64,000 bases of DNA, from contig JBDRTG010000047.1 in NCBI GenBank assembly GCA_043824255.1, positions 265,032 to 329,031 on the forward strand. The letters run 5' to 3'. Each line of letters begins with the position of its first letter. The stretch's first letter is position 1. The position numbers were made by a program, and so were the translations under genes. This document shows, in pieces, positions 50,041-60,905 of this stretch. Origin of the DNA: a bacterium. GTDB taxonomy: Bacteria; JAHJDO01. Below the pieces are notes generated by a model. The model was not told where the DNA came from. It was given only the letters and a program-made list of their open reading frames with translations, and did no database searches.

Positions 50041-50948
50041 AAAAAGTTAACTGTATTGGGATATTGGTTGTTGATGCTCTGGCCAAACCAATAGAGAAAT
50101 ATCCTGTGCCTGAAGAGCGTACCCAGGTAATTACTGACAGCATCCTGTTCTTGCCAGGAGGCGGGGCTGCCAATTCAGCAGCAGCCCTTGGCCAAATCGG
50201 TATTAATGTTAGTGTTTTTGCAAAAATAGGTCAGGATTCCAATGGTATATTTATTATTCAGGAGCTTAAAAAAAACAATGTTGTCACAGACGGGATTTGC
50301 ATATCAAAGCATGATTCAACGCCATTCACGTTTGTAGGGATCCATTCAAATAATCAACGAACTTTTATTCATACACCAGGTGCGAATAAAACTTTCTGTC
50401 TGAATGATATTGATCAGGAGAAACTGTTAGACTGTAATTATTTGCTTTATCAGGATCTATGGGTCCTGCCAAATATTGATGGCGCCCCTGGTGCAGAACT
50501 GTTGAAAAAAGCTCAAAGACGCGGAATTATAACCCTAGTTGATGAATGCTGGGGATTGGGGCCTGACCGCCAGAAGTGGGAGACAATGGTTGCCTGCGCG
50601 CAGTATGTGCTGCCCAGCCTAGATGATATGAAAGCTATTTATCCTGATAAAGACAGGAAAGAAATAGCTGATTACCTTCTTGGACTTGGTTGTGAATACG
50701 TGATCCTTAAGATGGGCGCAGACGGTTGTCTTGTTTGTAATAAAGATAAAAAAGAGCATGTGCCGACATCAGCACAGAAAATTGTAGATACAACTGGAGC
50801 AGGGGACTGCTTTAATGCAGGCTTTATTGCAGGACTTGTCAATGGCAGGAATCCGAAACAAGCAGCAGTCATTGGATCAAAAGCTGCAGCTGCGTGCATG
50901 AAAAATGTTGGCGGAGCAGTGGATATTCCGAAATTTGAAGAGTTATGA
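50037..50948 (+). CDS. PfkB/ribokinase family carbohydrate kinase
   Basis: GGGAANSA; DTTGAGDCFNAGF. Confidence 0.92.
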   Translation: MKKVNCIGILVVDALAKPIEKYPVPEERTQVITDSILFLPGGGAANSAAALGQIGINVSVFAKIGQDSNGIFIIQELKKNNVVTDGICISKHDSTPFTFVGIHSNNQRTFIHTPGANKTFCLNDIDQEKLLDCNYLLYQDLWVLPNIDGAPGAELLKKAQRRGIITLVDECWGLGPDRQKWETMVACAQYVLPSLDDMKAIYPDKDRKEIADYLLGLGCEYVILKMGADGCLVCNKDKKEHVPTSAQKIVDTTGAGDCFNAGFIAGLVNGRNPKQAAVIGSKAAAACMKNVGGAVDIPKFEEL

Positions 50949-51016
50949 AAATAGGAGGAAGAAGGAAAAGAGTACAAACCATATATAGTTTAGGTTAGAG
51001 GAGAAGATATACGAAT

Positions 51017-52141
51017 ATGGCACATCTTTATCCAGAGCAGCGCATAGGTAGTTACGGTTTGGTAATTGGTTTTAGTCATAAATTTCTAAATATGAAATTT
51101 GGCGTGGATCTTGGCCTAAAATATCACAAAGATATTGCATATCGAGTTCAGACAAACATGGAACTGGACCGGCAGGTATATAAAGAATATGGGAGTATCG
51201 GGCTCGGATTTGAGAATCCTTTCCCACGAGTTACTGTTGAACCATACGGTCATAATTTTTTTAATGCAATGTATGGCGCTGAATGCATCTATAAGCCTGA
51301 TGATGAAGTATGGGCAAATGACCTCAATTACTCAGAGGATGAGGTCTACACTCTTAAGCCATGGAATATCGACAAATTTGAAAAGATGCTCCCTGTACGT
51401 GAAGTACTCGCTCAGACCAAGTACCTTCAGGAACATTATGACCTGCAAAAAATACGCAAAACTGAGAAATTTCTGCCTCATTTCCGAATCATGAGTAGTA
51501 TACCTAATCCTGGCTCTGTTATTACAGCAGGAATGGCTGTGCGAGGCAATGAACTCCTCATGGACTATATGCTTAACCCGCAATTGGTGTATAAATTGTT
51601 TGATAACATTTTACAACTTACGTTTTTATGCTATGAATTCTTTCATGATTTTGACAACATTCCTCTAAATAACCTGCTCATAGGCAATTGCCCTGTTTCC
51701 ATGCTTTCACCTGATAACTATATGGATTTTAATTATAAATATGACCTCCAGATCGCTAACTACGCAAGAGAAATAAAAGCTGCGCTTACACTTCATCAAG
51801 ACTCTGATGTCAGTCCGCACCTTGAGAATTATGCAAAACTTGGGCATGTTCAGGTTTTGGATTTTGGGCAGGATACAGATTGGAAGAAGGCCGCACAGCT
51901 TTTCCCGGGAGTAGATGCCACTTGTCTTTTGTTCCCGAGTTGGATATATGAACACTCTTTGGAGGATATTGAGGAAGAACTTATGAGAATCATGCGTATA
52001 GGACGTTCATTCAACTCTTTCTCATTTGCAATTCTTGATGTAGATCATTTTATTGGAGAGAAAAGAATATTTGAATTTTACGAGATATTTGTTCGTTGCA
52101 GTGAAAAACACAAGATAGTCCAATGGAATCAAAGAAAATGA
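51017..52141 (+). CDS. Divergent URO-D / corrinoid methyltransferase-like TIM-barrel protein
   Basis: RGNELLMDYMLNP, NCPVSMLSPDNY, LHQDS, LDFG pattern. Confidence 0.55.
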   Translation: MAHLYPEQRIGSYGLVIGFSHKFLNMKFGVDLGLKYHKDIAYRVQTNMELDRQVYKEYGSIGLGFENPFPRVTVEPYGHNFFNAMYGAECIYKPDDEVWANDLNYSEDEVYTLKPWNIDKFEKMLPVREVLAQTKYLQEHYDLQKIRKTEKFLPHFRIMSSIPNPGSVITAGMAVRGNELLMDYMLNPQLVYKLFDNILQLTFLCYEFFHDFDNIPLNNLLIGNCPVSMLSPDNYMDFNYKYDLQIANYAREIKAALTLHQDSDVSPHLENYAKLGHVQVLDFGQDTDWKKAAQLFPGVDATCLLFPSWIYEHSLEDIEEELMRIMRIGRSFNSFSFAILDVDHFIGEKRIFEFYEIFVRCSEKHKIVQWNQRK

Positions 52142-54072
52142 ATGTTGGTTTTATTGTCAGGGATTTTATCAATAAACATTTGCTGCCAGAGCTCCAGATT
52201 AAGAAGAGCCCAGAGCCTGTATCCATGATCATAGCGCCCACTGGTGTGTTCATTAATGATTAATTTTAGATATTTTGTCTGAAAATATCCTCTCTCCAGG
52301 CAATGTCTTGAAAGAAGCACGTCTTGAAGATACTCCTTAAGCTCATTTCTGAACCAATGACTGATAGGCACTCCAAACCCCATTTTATTGCGTCTGAGTA
52401 TGGGTGTGGGAACAAGTTCTGAAAACGCCTTTTTTAGAATATACTTGCTAGTAAGCCCTTTTAACTTAAGATTAGATGGAATACAAGCGGCAAACTCCAT
52501 GAATTTATGGTCAAGAAAAGGAGAACGCGCCTCCAGGGAATTTGCCATTGCAGCTATATCCATTTTTACAAGCAAGTCCCCGGGAAGGTATGTCATAATA
52601 TCAACAAAAAGTGTGCTGCCCAGAAAATCATCGTCTTTACTATTGTCGTAATAATTTCCCGCATAACTAAATGCGTCAATCCCTTGAACCGCTTCCCTAA
52701 AGAATGAAGTGTAAAGATCCTCTTTTCTTTCATTATCAAAGATAGATATCCAGCGGATATATCTGCGTTCCTGCGAATAATCCATAGATTCGGCAAATCT
52801 TCTGAAACGACGAAGCACTGTTTTTTGTTCCGGAGAATAGGGAATCTTTCTTACAATACTATTAATCATATTACGTATACACTGAGGAGATTTCTCATAA
52901 TACTCAGCTAATTTTACAGCCTTATAACGTGGATACCCTGCAAAACTCTCATCCCCACCATCTCCATTCAAAGCAACTGTTACATCCTGGCTGGTCATCT
53001 TTGCAACATAGTAAGTAGGGACTGCAGACGAATCTGCAAAAGGCTCATTATAATGCCATATGAGCTTAGGCAGAATATCAAGAGCATTCGGCTTTACAAT
53101 ATATTCATGATGATCGGTTTTAAAATGATTCGCAACGATTCGTGCATAGTTAAGTTCATTATATTTCTCTTCCTGAAATCCTATTGAAAAAGTTTTGACC
53201 GGTTCTCTCATCAGCTTACTCATAACACCAACTACAATACTTGAGTCAAGACCTCCACTCAAGAAAGCGCCTAAAGGCACATCACTAACAAGTCTAAGCT
53301 TTACTGACTCTTCAAACAAGTTTCTAATACGTAAGCAATATTCATCCTCTGACATTTTAAGCTTATTTTTTATGTTTAAGTTCCAGTATTGTTCAACTGA
53401 AACTTTTCCATTTTCCCACAACAGGTAATGAGCAGGAGGCAACTTGAAGATGCCTTTAAAAGCGGTTAGGGGACATGGAACGTATTGATAAGTAAGATAA
53501 TTGTGAATGGCTTCTATGTTTACTTGTCTGGGAACTTGTTTTACTTGTAAAATTGATTTTATCTCAGAAGCAAAAACTAGTTTATTGTCATACTCCGCAT
53601 AACACAAAGGCTTCTGCCCTATTCTATCTCTTGCTAAAAGAAGACTCTTCTTTCCCTCATTCCATATAGCAAGAGCAAACATACCCCGCAGGAACCGTAA
53701 ACACTCAACACCATATTCCTCATATAAATGAACAATAACCTCAACGTCGCTGTGTGTATAAAAACAATGTCCTTTAGCTTCTAAATCTTTTCTTAGTTCA
53801 TGGAAATTATAAATCTCTCCATTACACACAATCCATATTGTTCTCTCTTCATTATGAATTGGCTGATGCCCTGTATCCAGATCAATAATGGCAAGCCGCC
53901 TTATACCAAGCCCTATATTCTTTCTGCCATCTTTTCCCCAGCCAAGGTATATTCCCTCATCATCAGGCCCTCTATGCTTTAACACAGAGCACATATTTCG
54001 TATTGTTTCTTCCTTAATATTGCCTTCAGACCTTTCAGGTCTTACACTTAAAATTCCGCAAATTCCACACAT
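52129..54072 (-). CDS. asnB: Asparagine synthase (glutamine-hydrolysing)-like amidotransferase
   Basis: MCGICG, RRLAIID, NGEIYN, LSGGLDSS, GDGGDE, LEARSPFLD. Confidence 0.93.
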   Translation of the reverse strand: MCGICGILSVRPERSEGNIKEETIRNMCSVLKHRGPDDEGIYLGWGKDGRKNIGLGIRRLAIIDLDTGHQPIHNEERTIWIVCNGEIYNFHELRKDLEAKGHCFYTHSDVEVIVHLYEEYGVECLRFLRGMFALAIWNEGKKSLLLARDRIGQKPLCYAEYDNKLVFASEIKSILQVKQVPRQVNIEAIHNYLTYQYVPCPLTAFKGIFKLPPAHYLLWENGKVSVEQYWNLNIKNKLKMSEDEYCLRIRNLFEESVKLRLVSDVPLGAFLSGGLDSSIVVGVMSKLMREPVKTFSIGFQEEKYNELNYARIVANHFKTDHHEYIVKPNALDILPKLIWHYNEPFADSSAVPTYYVAKMTSQDVTVALNGDGGDESFAGYPRYKAVKLAEYYEKSPQCIRNMINSIVRKIPYSPEQKTVLRRFRRFAESMDYSQERRYIRWISIFDNERKEDLYTSFFREAVQGIDAFSYAGNYYDNSKDDDFLGSTLFVDIMTYLPGDLLVKMDIAAMANSLEARSPFLDHKFMEFAACIPSNLKLKGLTSKYILKKAFSELVPTPILRRNKMGFGVPISHWFRNELKEYLQDVLLSRHCLERGYFQTKYLKLIINEHTSGRYDHGYRLWALLNLELWQQMFIDKIPDNKTNIHFL

Positions 54073-54085
54073 AATTTGTATTTTT

Positions 54086-55957
54086 TTATGTTTTTTTAAA
54101 CACGAATTGATTACATCCTATTGACTTTGTTCTAATTCCATTAATCAGAATAAAATCTCTCTTTTTCAAAAAAGAAACAATCTCATCAAAGTCCGCATAT
54201 TCGTAAGGAAATCCACCAGCCCAATCAACTGCATCATAATAGATTGACATACCACGCTTTTCCCGAAAAGGATGTTTTAACTTCATCAACCTTGTTAAAA
54301 CTCGTGGAAGAAAAACAGAGAACACCATTATCTTTTGGATAATCTTTCCTCTTCTATTATAAAATTTCTTGAATCTAAGCCAAAAACCAGATGCCCAATG
54401 ACGATTATAAATTGCTAAAGCAAATAAGCCTTCTTTCTTCACCAACTTAGTGCTGTTGTCTATAGCTTTCCACATATCACCCGTATGATGAAGCACTCCC
54501 CACGCATAAACAATATCTGCCTTCCCAAGATTATTGAGAAAATCTTTGTCTAATATTGACCCCTTCAATACGGACCAGTGTTTTGCATTATTTATACGTT
54601 TAATTATGTTGCAGGCTTCTACACTCTTTTGATCATTATCTAAACTTATTACTTCCTGTGCATTCATATCTATAGCAGCCAAAGAAAAAATTCCGCTTCC
54701 GCATCCAATATCTATGAAGGATTTTCCTTTTAAACTTTTTACTCCCAACAACTCCCGCAAAGAAAGTTTGACTTCTCTTAGGTTCTCTTTATTAAAGGTC
54801 TTAATATATTCCAACCAGTTTCCTCCAAACGAAAAAGGTGCAAATTTTTTCTGAAGGAGATGTTCGTAAATTTGCTCTGTTTTTTCTACTGTTAAATTAA
54901 TATCAAAATATTTCTCTACACGTCTTCTTCCAGCAAGTCCCATTCTTCTTGCTTCTTCCTTATTTCTCAATAATCTAATAATACCCTCTGCTAAAGCTTT
55001 TGGATTTTTAGGAGGAATAAGTATGCCTGTTTCTCCATCCCTTACTACCTCTGGTATTCCTCCAACATTAGTAGCCACAACAGGTTTGGCCATTGCCATT
55101 GCCTCGAGAACAGCAATACCCAGAGCTTCAGAGATCGAGCATAATACAAATACATTTATAATGGAGAGAATATTAGCAATATCCCGTCTGAAACCAGTAA
55201 ATATAACTTTTTTGCTAAGACCGATTTTTTTTACAAGAGACTCTAGTTTACCCCTTAGCTCGCCATCTCCAACTATTAAGAATCGCACCTCAGGTATTTC
55301 CTTTATTATGTATTCCGCCGATCTCAAGAAGGTTTCATGGTCCTTTGCAGGGTCGAGCCGCGCAATAATGCCAACAACAGGGAATCTTCTAGCTATCTTA
55401 AGCTCATCTTTAAGCTTTATGTTCTCTACACATGTATTAAATTCATTCACATCTATTCCGTTGTGAATTGCGATAATTTTCTCATGAGGTATTTTCTCTA
55501 TTCTTTCAACCGATTCTTTTAAATTATCAGATACTGTTATTATTTTGTCCGTGCATTTTAATAATAATTTATCTACGAAAATCTGGTGTCTTAATGATGA
55601 ATAAAATGCCCCGTGCTCCTCTGCAATAATAACTGGAACTCCAGCCATCCAGGCAGCCCCTCTGCCCCAAGTATTAGAAGTAAACATCCATGTATGAACT
55701 AAATCTATTTTCTTCTGCCTGATTAAACGAGTTAATTTAAAAATAACAGTAAAATCAAATTTGAATCTTTTATAGAGAATATGATATTCAATACCAAACT
55801 TTTTTAAATCCTTCTCCAGAGGTCCTCCACGTGTTATACAGCAGACTGTAACATTATACTTATTCTTATTCAGCCTTTTTACCAGCTCTACAAGCTGCCT
55901 TTCCGCTCCGCCAATATCCAGAGTGGCGATAATTTGAAGAATATTAATTTTTTTCAT
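54086..55957 (-). CDS. GT4 glycosyltransferase fused to a class I SAM methyltransferase
   Basis: GGAERQL..EALGIAVLEAMA..VGGIPE, followed in frame by FSFGGNW..DIGCGSG..WGVLHHTG. Confidence 0.88.
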   Translation of the reverse strand: MKKINILQIIATLDIGGAERQLVELVKRLNKNKYNVTVCCITRGGPLEKDLKKFGIEYHILYKRFKFDFTVIFKLTRLIRQKKIDLVHTWMFTSNTWGRGAAWMAGVPVIIAEEHGAFYSSLRHQIFVDKLLLKCTDKIITVSDNLKESVERIEKIPHEKIIAIHNGIDVNEFNTCVENIKLKDELKIARRFPVVGIIARLDPAKDHETFLRSAEYIIKEIPEVRFLIVGDGELRGKLESLVKKIGLSKKVIFTGFRRDIANILSIINVFVLCSISEALGIAVLEAMAMAKPVVATNVGGIPEVVRDGETGILIPPKNPKALAEGIIRLLRNKEEARRMGLAGRRRVEKYFDINLTVEKTEQIYEHLLQKKFAPFSFGGNWLEYIKTFNKENLREVKLSLRELLGVKSLKGKSFIDIGCGSGIFSLAAIDMNAQEVISLDNDQKSVEACNIIKRINNAKHWSVLKGSILDKDFLNNLGKADIVYAWGVLHHTGDMWKAIDNSTKLVKKEGLFALAIYNRHWASGFWLRFKKFYNRRGKIIQKIMVFSVFLPRVLTRLMKLKHPFREKRGMSIYYDAVDWAGGFPYEYADFDEIVSFLKKRDFILINGIRTKSIGCNQFVFKKT

Positions 55958-56970
55958 ACCCTTTTCAGTACATTCCCTAAATATTTACCGAAACCTATAT
56001 TTATACCAAAAACTAATATTACCGCTACAATTAACTGTTTTAATCCATTTAATTCCCCAAAACTATTTATAATAAAGTTCACTGATAATGTTTTATTTGA
56101 TAAGTTTCTCGCTTTATTTATCTCTCCCCTTTTTAATAAATTTTTTACCAAAACAACATTGTCCAACTTCTTGTAATATTCATATTGCTCCCAGAATCTT
56201 TTTTCTATTTTTACAGTGAGCGCTGGTGATTTAGCAAAATGATCCATTACAAAGAAAAAATCTGCTCTTTCTGTGCGCTTATTCCAGTAAAGAAGTGTCC
56301 CCGAACTACTACTAATTCTATATTTCATCAGTCTTTCATCTAAAATAGCAATTGGGTGTCTTTCTAATATCCTCAGCCACATATCTAAATCAGCAGATGT
56401 CCCAAACTGCTCATCGTTGAAAGGCGCTAACTCTTTATATATTTCACTTTTAACCATAGCGCTTGGGCACATCAAGAAATTTCCATTTCTTAATGTTGAA
56501 ATAAATATTTCAGAAAAATAATAAACTCCTTTGCCCTTCAATTTAACTGGCAATTTATGCTCCCCAATCACTTCACCCCGATCATTGATGTAATTAGCTA
56601 TGGTAAAGACGGCACCGATAGATGGGTTATCTTGAAAAGCTTGCACCTGCTTCTCTACCATATCCGGCATATATAAATCATTAGCATGAAATATAGCAAT
56701 ATATTCACCGTTGGCTAATTCAATACATCTACTCCAATTCTTTTCCGCACCTATATTTTTGCTATTCTTATAAATCTTTATCCTCGGGTCTCTAAACTTC
56801 TGTAAGATGGCTGAAGTGTCATCTGTAGAATCGTTATCAACGATAATGACTTCTAAGTTCTGATACGTTTGGTTGATAATAGATTGAAGAGTACTCACCA
56901 CCGTTTTTTCAGCGTTGTATGCGGGAATACAGATACTCACCAAGGGCTTTTTATTTTGATATGCCGACAT
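55954..56970 (-). CDS. Glycosyltransferase family 2
   Basis: VSICIPAYN, VDNDSTD, ADLDMWLR; the DxD position reads HAND. Confidence 0.9.
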   Translation of the reverse strand: MSAYQNKKPLVSICIPAYNAEKTVVSTLQSIINQTYQNLEVIIVDNDSTDDTSAILQKFRDPRIKIYKNSKNIGAEKNWSRCIELANGEYIAIFHANDLYMPDMVEKQVQAFQDNPSIGAVFTIANYINDRGEVIGEHKLPVKLKGKGVYYFSEIFISTLRNGNFLMCPSAMVKSEIYKELAPFNDEQFGTSADLDMWLRILERHPIAILDERLMKYRISSSSGTLLYWNKRTERADFFFVMDHFAKSPALTVKIEKRFWEQYEYYKKLDNVVLVKNLLKRGEINKARNLSNKTLSVNFIINSFGELNGLKQLIVAVILVFGINIGFGKYLGNVLKRV

Positions 56971-58444
56971 AGTTCAGAACCCTCTTTACAGATTCTTCCA
57001 ATTCTAAAAATTTGTATGCTATCAAAATGAATGACAAAAACAAAACTGTCTTTAGCCCTATACTTACCAGCGCATTGACGTTTAAACAAGACACAAATAA
57101 GACGAAAGCAAGAAAACATAAAGAGATTGACACCGATTTAAAGATAAATCTATAATCGTAGTTTATAAAAACTAATTTCTGAGTATACGCAAAAATCAAT
57201 GTAAACTGTAAAGCATAGCTCAGCAGTGTTGCTACTGCCGCACCATACATTCCATAAATAGGAATTAAGATAAAGTTCAGTCCGATATTTAGAAAAACGG
57301 AAATAGAAGTAAATAAAAATATTTTGCCTGTTTTTTCTTTCATAATAAGCGTAGCACCAAGGAAATTAGTTGCTCCCCATAAAATTATTCCAAGCAACAC
57401 AATTCCGATAATATTGTAGCCTTCCATATATTCTGCTCCGATGAACAATTTATAAGCCTCCTTTAAAATAACAAAATAAGCAATCGCTATACTAAATATC
57501 ACTACCCAGTAATACTTAAAAACCCTGCTCATATTTTTTTTGTATTCATCTCGCGACCTAACAAATTGCTCAAAAAGAATAGGAGATAACGCTTGTCCGA
57601 AAGGAGTTACTATAAAACTATTAATAATCCCTGAAAATCCATACCCAACACTATAGATACCGACAATCGCCAATCCAACATATAAATTCAATACGTATCT
57701 ATCTGCCCATGTTAAAAGCATTAGCAGTAAAGCATCCGGCACTAAAGGCAAACCTAATTTTAGTAAATTCTTCAGATTAACTAATGCAATAACATTTTTT
57801 TTGTGCGGCGTATAATTAAAAATAAAAAATCTCAATCCAATAAGCGATAAGATAAGATAAGAAATCAAATATGCTTTTAAATAAGAGACGAATCCAGATT
57901 CCAAGACTATTAAATAGACGAAACTTGATATTATGAGCGATGCATTAAAAACTAACTTCACATAAAAATAAATCTTGGGTTTTTTATGTACCATCAGGAT
58001 ATAAGTATAAAAGTCTCCAAAAATCATAAACAAGATCAATAGGAAGACCACATTCAAATCTGATGTTGCTATCTGTATCCCCAATATTTTTTGAAACAAT
58101 GAAGGAAATGATAAAAAAACAAAATAGACCAGACTAAATACAATCAAATTATAGACAAAAATAGAATAGATATTCCTTGTGTTCTCTTCTTTTGAAACTT
58201 TATAAAACTTTATAAAAAAAGCTGTACTCAATTTACCATTTATTAGTGTAGAAGCGATAATTACAAATATCCATATCAGAGATATTTTACCGAAATCTGC
58301 GGGCGGTAAAAGTTTTGTATATAGGGCAAGAATGCCGAAACTGGTAAGTGCACTTATTGCCTGAGATAAAGAATAGAAACTAAAGGCTTTTGCTAAATAA
58401 TTTTGAGATATAAAATTGAAGATTTTGGCATTTCTGACATTCAT
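56951..58444 (-). CDS. Oligosaccharide flippase (Wzx)
   Basis: About 14 TM segments; LLPPADFG; ADRYVL; VGIYSVG; GAAVATL. Confidence 0.88.
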   Translation of the reverse strand: MNVRNAKIFNFISQNYLAKAFSFYSLSQAISALTSFGILALYTKLLPPADFGKISLIWIFVIIASTLINGKLSTAFFIKFYKVSKEENTRNIYSIFVYNLIVFSLVYFVFLSFPSLFQKILGIQIATSDLNVVFLLILFMIFGDFYTYILMVHKKPKIYFYVKLVFNASLIISSFVYLIVLESGFVSYLKAYLISYLILSLIGLRFFIFNYTPHKKNVIALVNLKNLLKLGLPLVPDALLLMLLTWADRYVLNLYVGLAIVGIYSVGYGFSGIINSFIVTPFGQALSPILFEQFVRSRDEYKKNMSRVFKYYWVVIFSIAIAYFVILKEAYKLFIGAEYMEGYNIIGIVLLGIILWGATNFLGATLIMKEKTGKIFLFTSISVFLNIGLNFILIPIYGMYGAAVATLLSYALQFTLIFAYTQKLVFINYDYRFIFKSVSISLCFLAFVLFVSCLNVNALVSIGLKTVLFLSFILIAYKFLELEESVKRVLNYVGISK

Positions 58445-59448
58445 CTGGTTATATCGCTCACAATTTCATTGATTAAAGTATCTGCAAAACATTCTGCACT
58501 GAAAGGATATATTTTATCGCTTTTGATAAAATCCTTTATGGCATCTAAATAATCTATATACTCTTTATCAGGCATATTTTTGAGATAATTATAGAGTTCT
58601 TCATAGGTTTTAAAATTTCTTTTATCGATAAAGGTGTTTGCTGTTATGTGTTCTGTCACATTTGAAGCGCCTAAGTAGATAGGCACACAGCCGGCAAAGA
58701 AACAATCAAAAATCTTTTCGGTAATATAACCGGGAATCTTTCCTGCATTTTCATAACAAATAGCAAACTTATATTTTTTGTAAACTTCTCTTTTTGATTC
58801 AACTCTCCCTTTATATGAAGGATATCTTGGCCTTAAGAGCTTAGTCAAAGCATCAAACCTGTTAAGTCTTGATAATTGACCATTGAAATAATATTTGTCC
58901 CAACCCATGCCATATAGATCAAAATCTTCCGGATGGTTCTGCTCAAACCAGCGAATCGCTTTCACTCTTTCGGTGTATAATTCCAAGGGGTGGAATACAA
59001 ATTTATGCCCAGCTATCATTGTGCAAAATTTGGTCTTTTTGTTTATGTCAAAATTTAAATCCGTAGGTATTCTGTTGGCGACGTTTATTTTAAAATATTT
59101 TTTATTATCTATGAATTGATCGTTCCACGTAAAAATCTTTTTGAAATATTTGTGGTTTTCTATACCCCAATTCTCAGGTCTGATAACCTCAGATTCAAAT
59201 AATAAAAGATATAATTCTTTGCCACATACAATGTCTCTGATTTTAGGCATCTCACTATAAATAACAAACTGGGATTCCTGAGGTGAATTAATATCCTGCG
59301 TACTCAAATCAATACACTTTTCTTTGAATTTTTTCTTCAGCAAATAAAATCCATAAATGCCATCATTGGAATTTGTCACTTTATCGTATATATCAAATTG
59401 TCGATTATTTAGATAAAAGGAACTGGTATAAAATGTTACTTTAATCAT
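58441..59448 (-). CDS. Glycosyltransferase family 10 (fucosyltransferase-like)
   Basis: YKFAICYEN..GYITEKIFDCF.AGCVPIYLG alpha-1,3-FucT motif. Confidence 0.88.
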   Translation of the reverse strand: MIKVTFYTSSFYLNNRQFDIYDKVTNSNDGIYGFYLLKKKFKEKCIDLSTQDINSPQESQFVIYSEMPKIRDIVCGKELYLLLFESEVIRPENWGIENHKYFKKIFTWNDQFIDNKKYFKINVANRIPTDLNFDINKKTKFCTMIAGHKFVFHPLELYTERVKAIRWFEQNHPEDFDLYGMGWDKYYFNGQLSRLNRFDALTKLLRPRYPSYKGRVESKREVYKKYKFAICYENAGKIPGYITEKIFDCFFAGCVPIYLGASNVTEHITANTFIDKRNFKTYEELYNYLKNMPDKEYIDYLDAIKDFIKSDKIYPFSAECFADTLINEIVSDITR

Positions 59449-60905
59449 ATATTCTTTCTATATATTTTACTCGCAATGGGATGTATTTTTGGGAAGTACA
59501 ATTTTACGGATGTAGAAAGTATAGCCGGAAGGATTTCCTTGTGTTGGAATATGTGCTTAATAACTACAATAGGCATTTTTAAAAAATGATTCTTAAATCC
59601 ACTAATAGTTAATATTTTATCTATCCCTACTCTATCCATAATATAATTCTCATATTCAATTAGTTTTGTAACATCATGATCCACTGTGTAATATGGAATG
59701 GGATTTTCAGTTAGCCAAAAATCATCTTTGATATGATTGGATTTTTTCATTATATCGTATACTTCTGTACCAGGGTATACCATCAACTTTCCAACCCCAA
59801 CAACTTTACTATAATACATTTTCTGTACAGTTTGAATAAATTCGGTTGATTCACGAACTGTGTCATCATTTTCCCCGGGGAAACCACACATAATAAAAAT
59901 TACAACAACAAACTTAAATGGTTTTAAAGTTTTAAATAAATTAATTATATCTTTTCGAGTTATGTCTTTATGAATTGATTTAAGCATTTTTTCAGAGCCT
60001 GTTTCTAATCCAAACATAATCAATACAAATCCTGCTTTTTCCATCCAATAAAACATTTCCGATGTTACTGGTTTTACTCTTGCACTACATTTGAAAGTGA
60101 GTCCCAAGTCTAGTTCAATTATCATTTTACAGAATTCAATAACTCTTAAATTATCAAGTAGGAATGTGTCATCCAACAATTGTACTTCCTTTAGGCGTGG
60201 ATACTTTTGTTTTAAATATTTAATTTCATCTACCACTTTAATAATATTACGTTTCCTATAAAGTCGTTTTGATATTACCTTTAGACAGCAAAAACTACAT
60301 CTGGAAGGACAACCTCGTGATGTAAAAACACTTCCTGCTATACGGTCTGGTTCATTTTCAAAAAAGACTTCATGTTTGGGAAATGGGATTGAATCTAAAT
60401 CATTAATTAATTCGCTCGGCTCGGTTTGAATAACTTTGCCATCCTTGAAAAATGCAATACCTTTGACTGTTTCCAATCTAGTTTTTAATTCAAGCGCCGT
60501 TACTAATTCATTTATAGTCAATTCACCTTCACCTATGACAGCGACTACATATGGATATTTCTCAATGATTTGTTCATACATTACTGATGTATGAATTCCA
60601 CCAATAATTATAGGAGTCTGCGGAGAATTTTTATGCAATTTTTCAATGCATCGGAAAGTAGAAACCCGATTCGAACTGAAAATCTGAAATCCAACGACTT
60701 GGGGTTGGAAAGTGGCAAAACATTCAAAAAATTCTTTATCGGAGAACTCTTCAGCGTGATTACTTAGTGAAAGCAATTTCACTTCATGTCCTTGTTTTTC
60801 AAGAACTGAGTATATATATGCCAATCCGATTGCGTATGGTGCATTAACATAGTCGCCATATCGAGATGTTGGTTCAGCCGATAATATGGATAGCAACACT
60901 TTCAT
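59445..60905 (-). CDS. Cobalamin-binding-domain radical SAM protein
   Basis: IGLAYI, GGIHTS, GEGE; SRGCPSRCSFC; LDDTF; GLETGS. Confidence 0.9.
   Translation of the reverse strand: MKVLLSILSAEPTSRYGDYVNAPYAIGLAYIYSVLEKQGHEVKLLSLSNHAEEFSDKEFFECFATFQPQVVGFQIFSSNRVSTFRCIEKLHKNSPQTPIIIGGIHTSVMYEQIIEKYPYVVAVIGEGELTINELVTALELKTRLETVKGIAFFKDGKVIQTEPSELINDLDSIPFPKHEVFFENEPDRIAGSVFTSRGCPSRCSFCCLKVISKRLYRKRNIIKVVDEIKYLKQKYPRLKEVQLLDDTFLLDNLRVIEFCKMIIELDLGLTFKCSARVKPVTSEMFYWMEKAGFVLIMFGLETGSEKMLKSIHKDITRKDIINLFKTLKPFKFVVVIFIMCGFPGENDDTVRESTEFIQTVQKMYYSKVVGVGKLMVYPGTEVYDIMKKSNHIKDDFWLTENPIPYYTVDHDVTKLIEYENYIMDRVGIDKILTISGFKNHFLKMPIVVIKHIFQHKEILPAILSTSVKLYFPKIHPIASKIYRKNI

Noticed and set aside
52129-54072. 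AsnB as a lasso-peptide cyclase
   Set aside because: Intact N-terminal Cys glutaminase domain and no B protein or precursor; glycan amidotransferase fits better.
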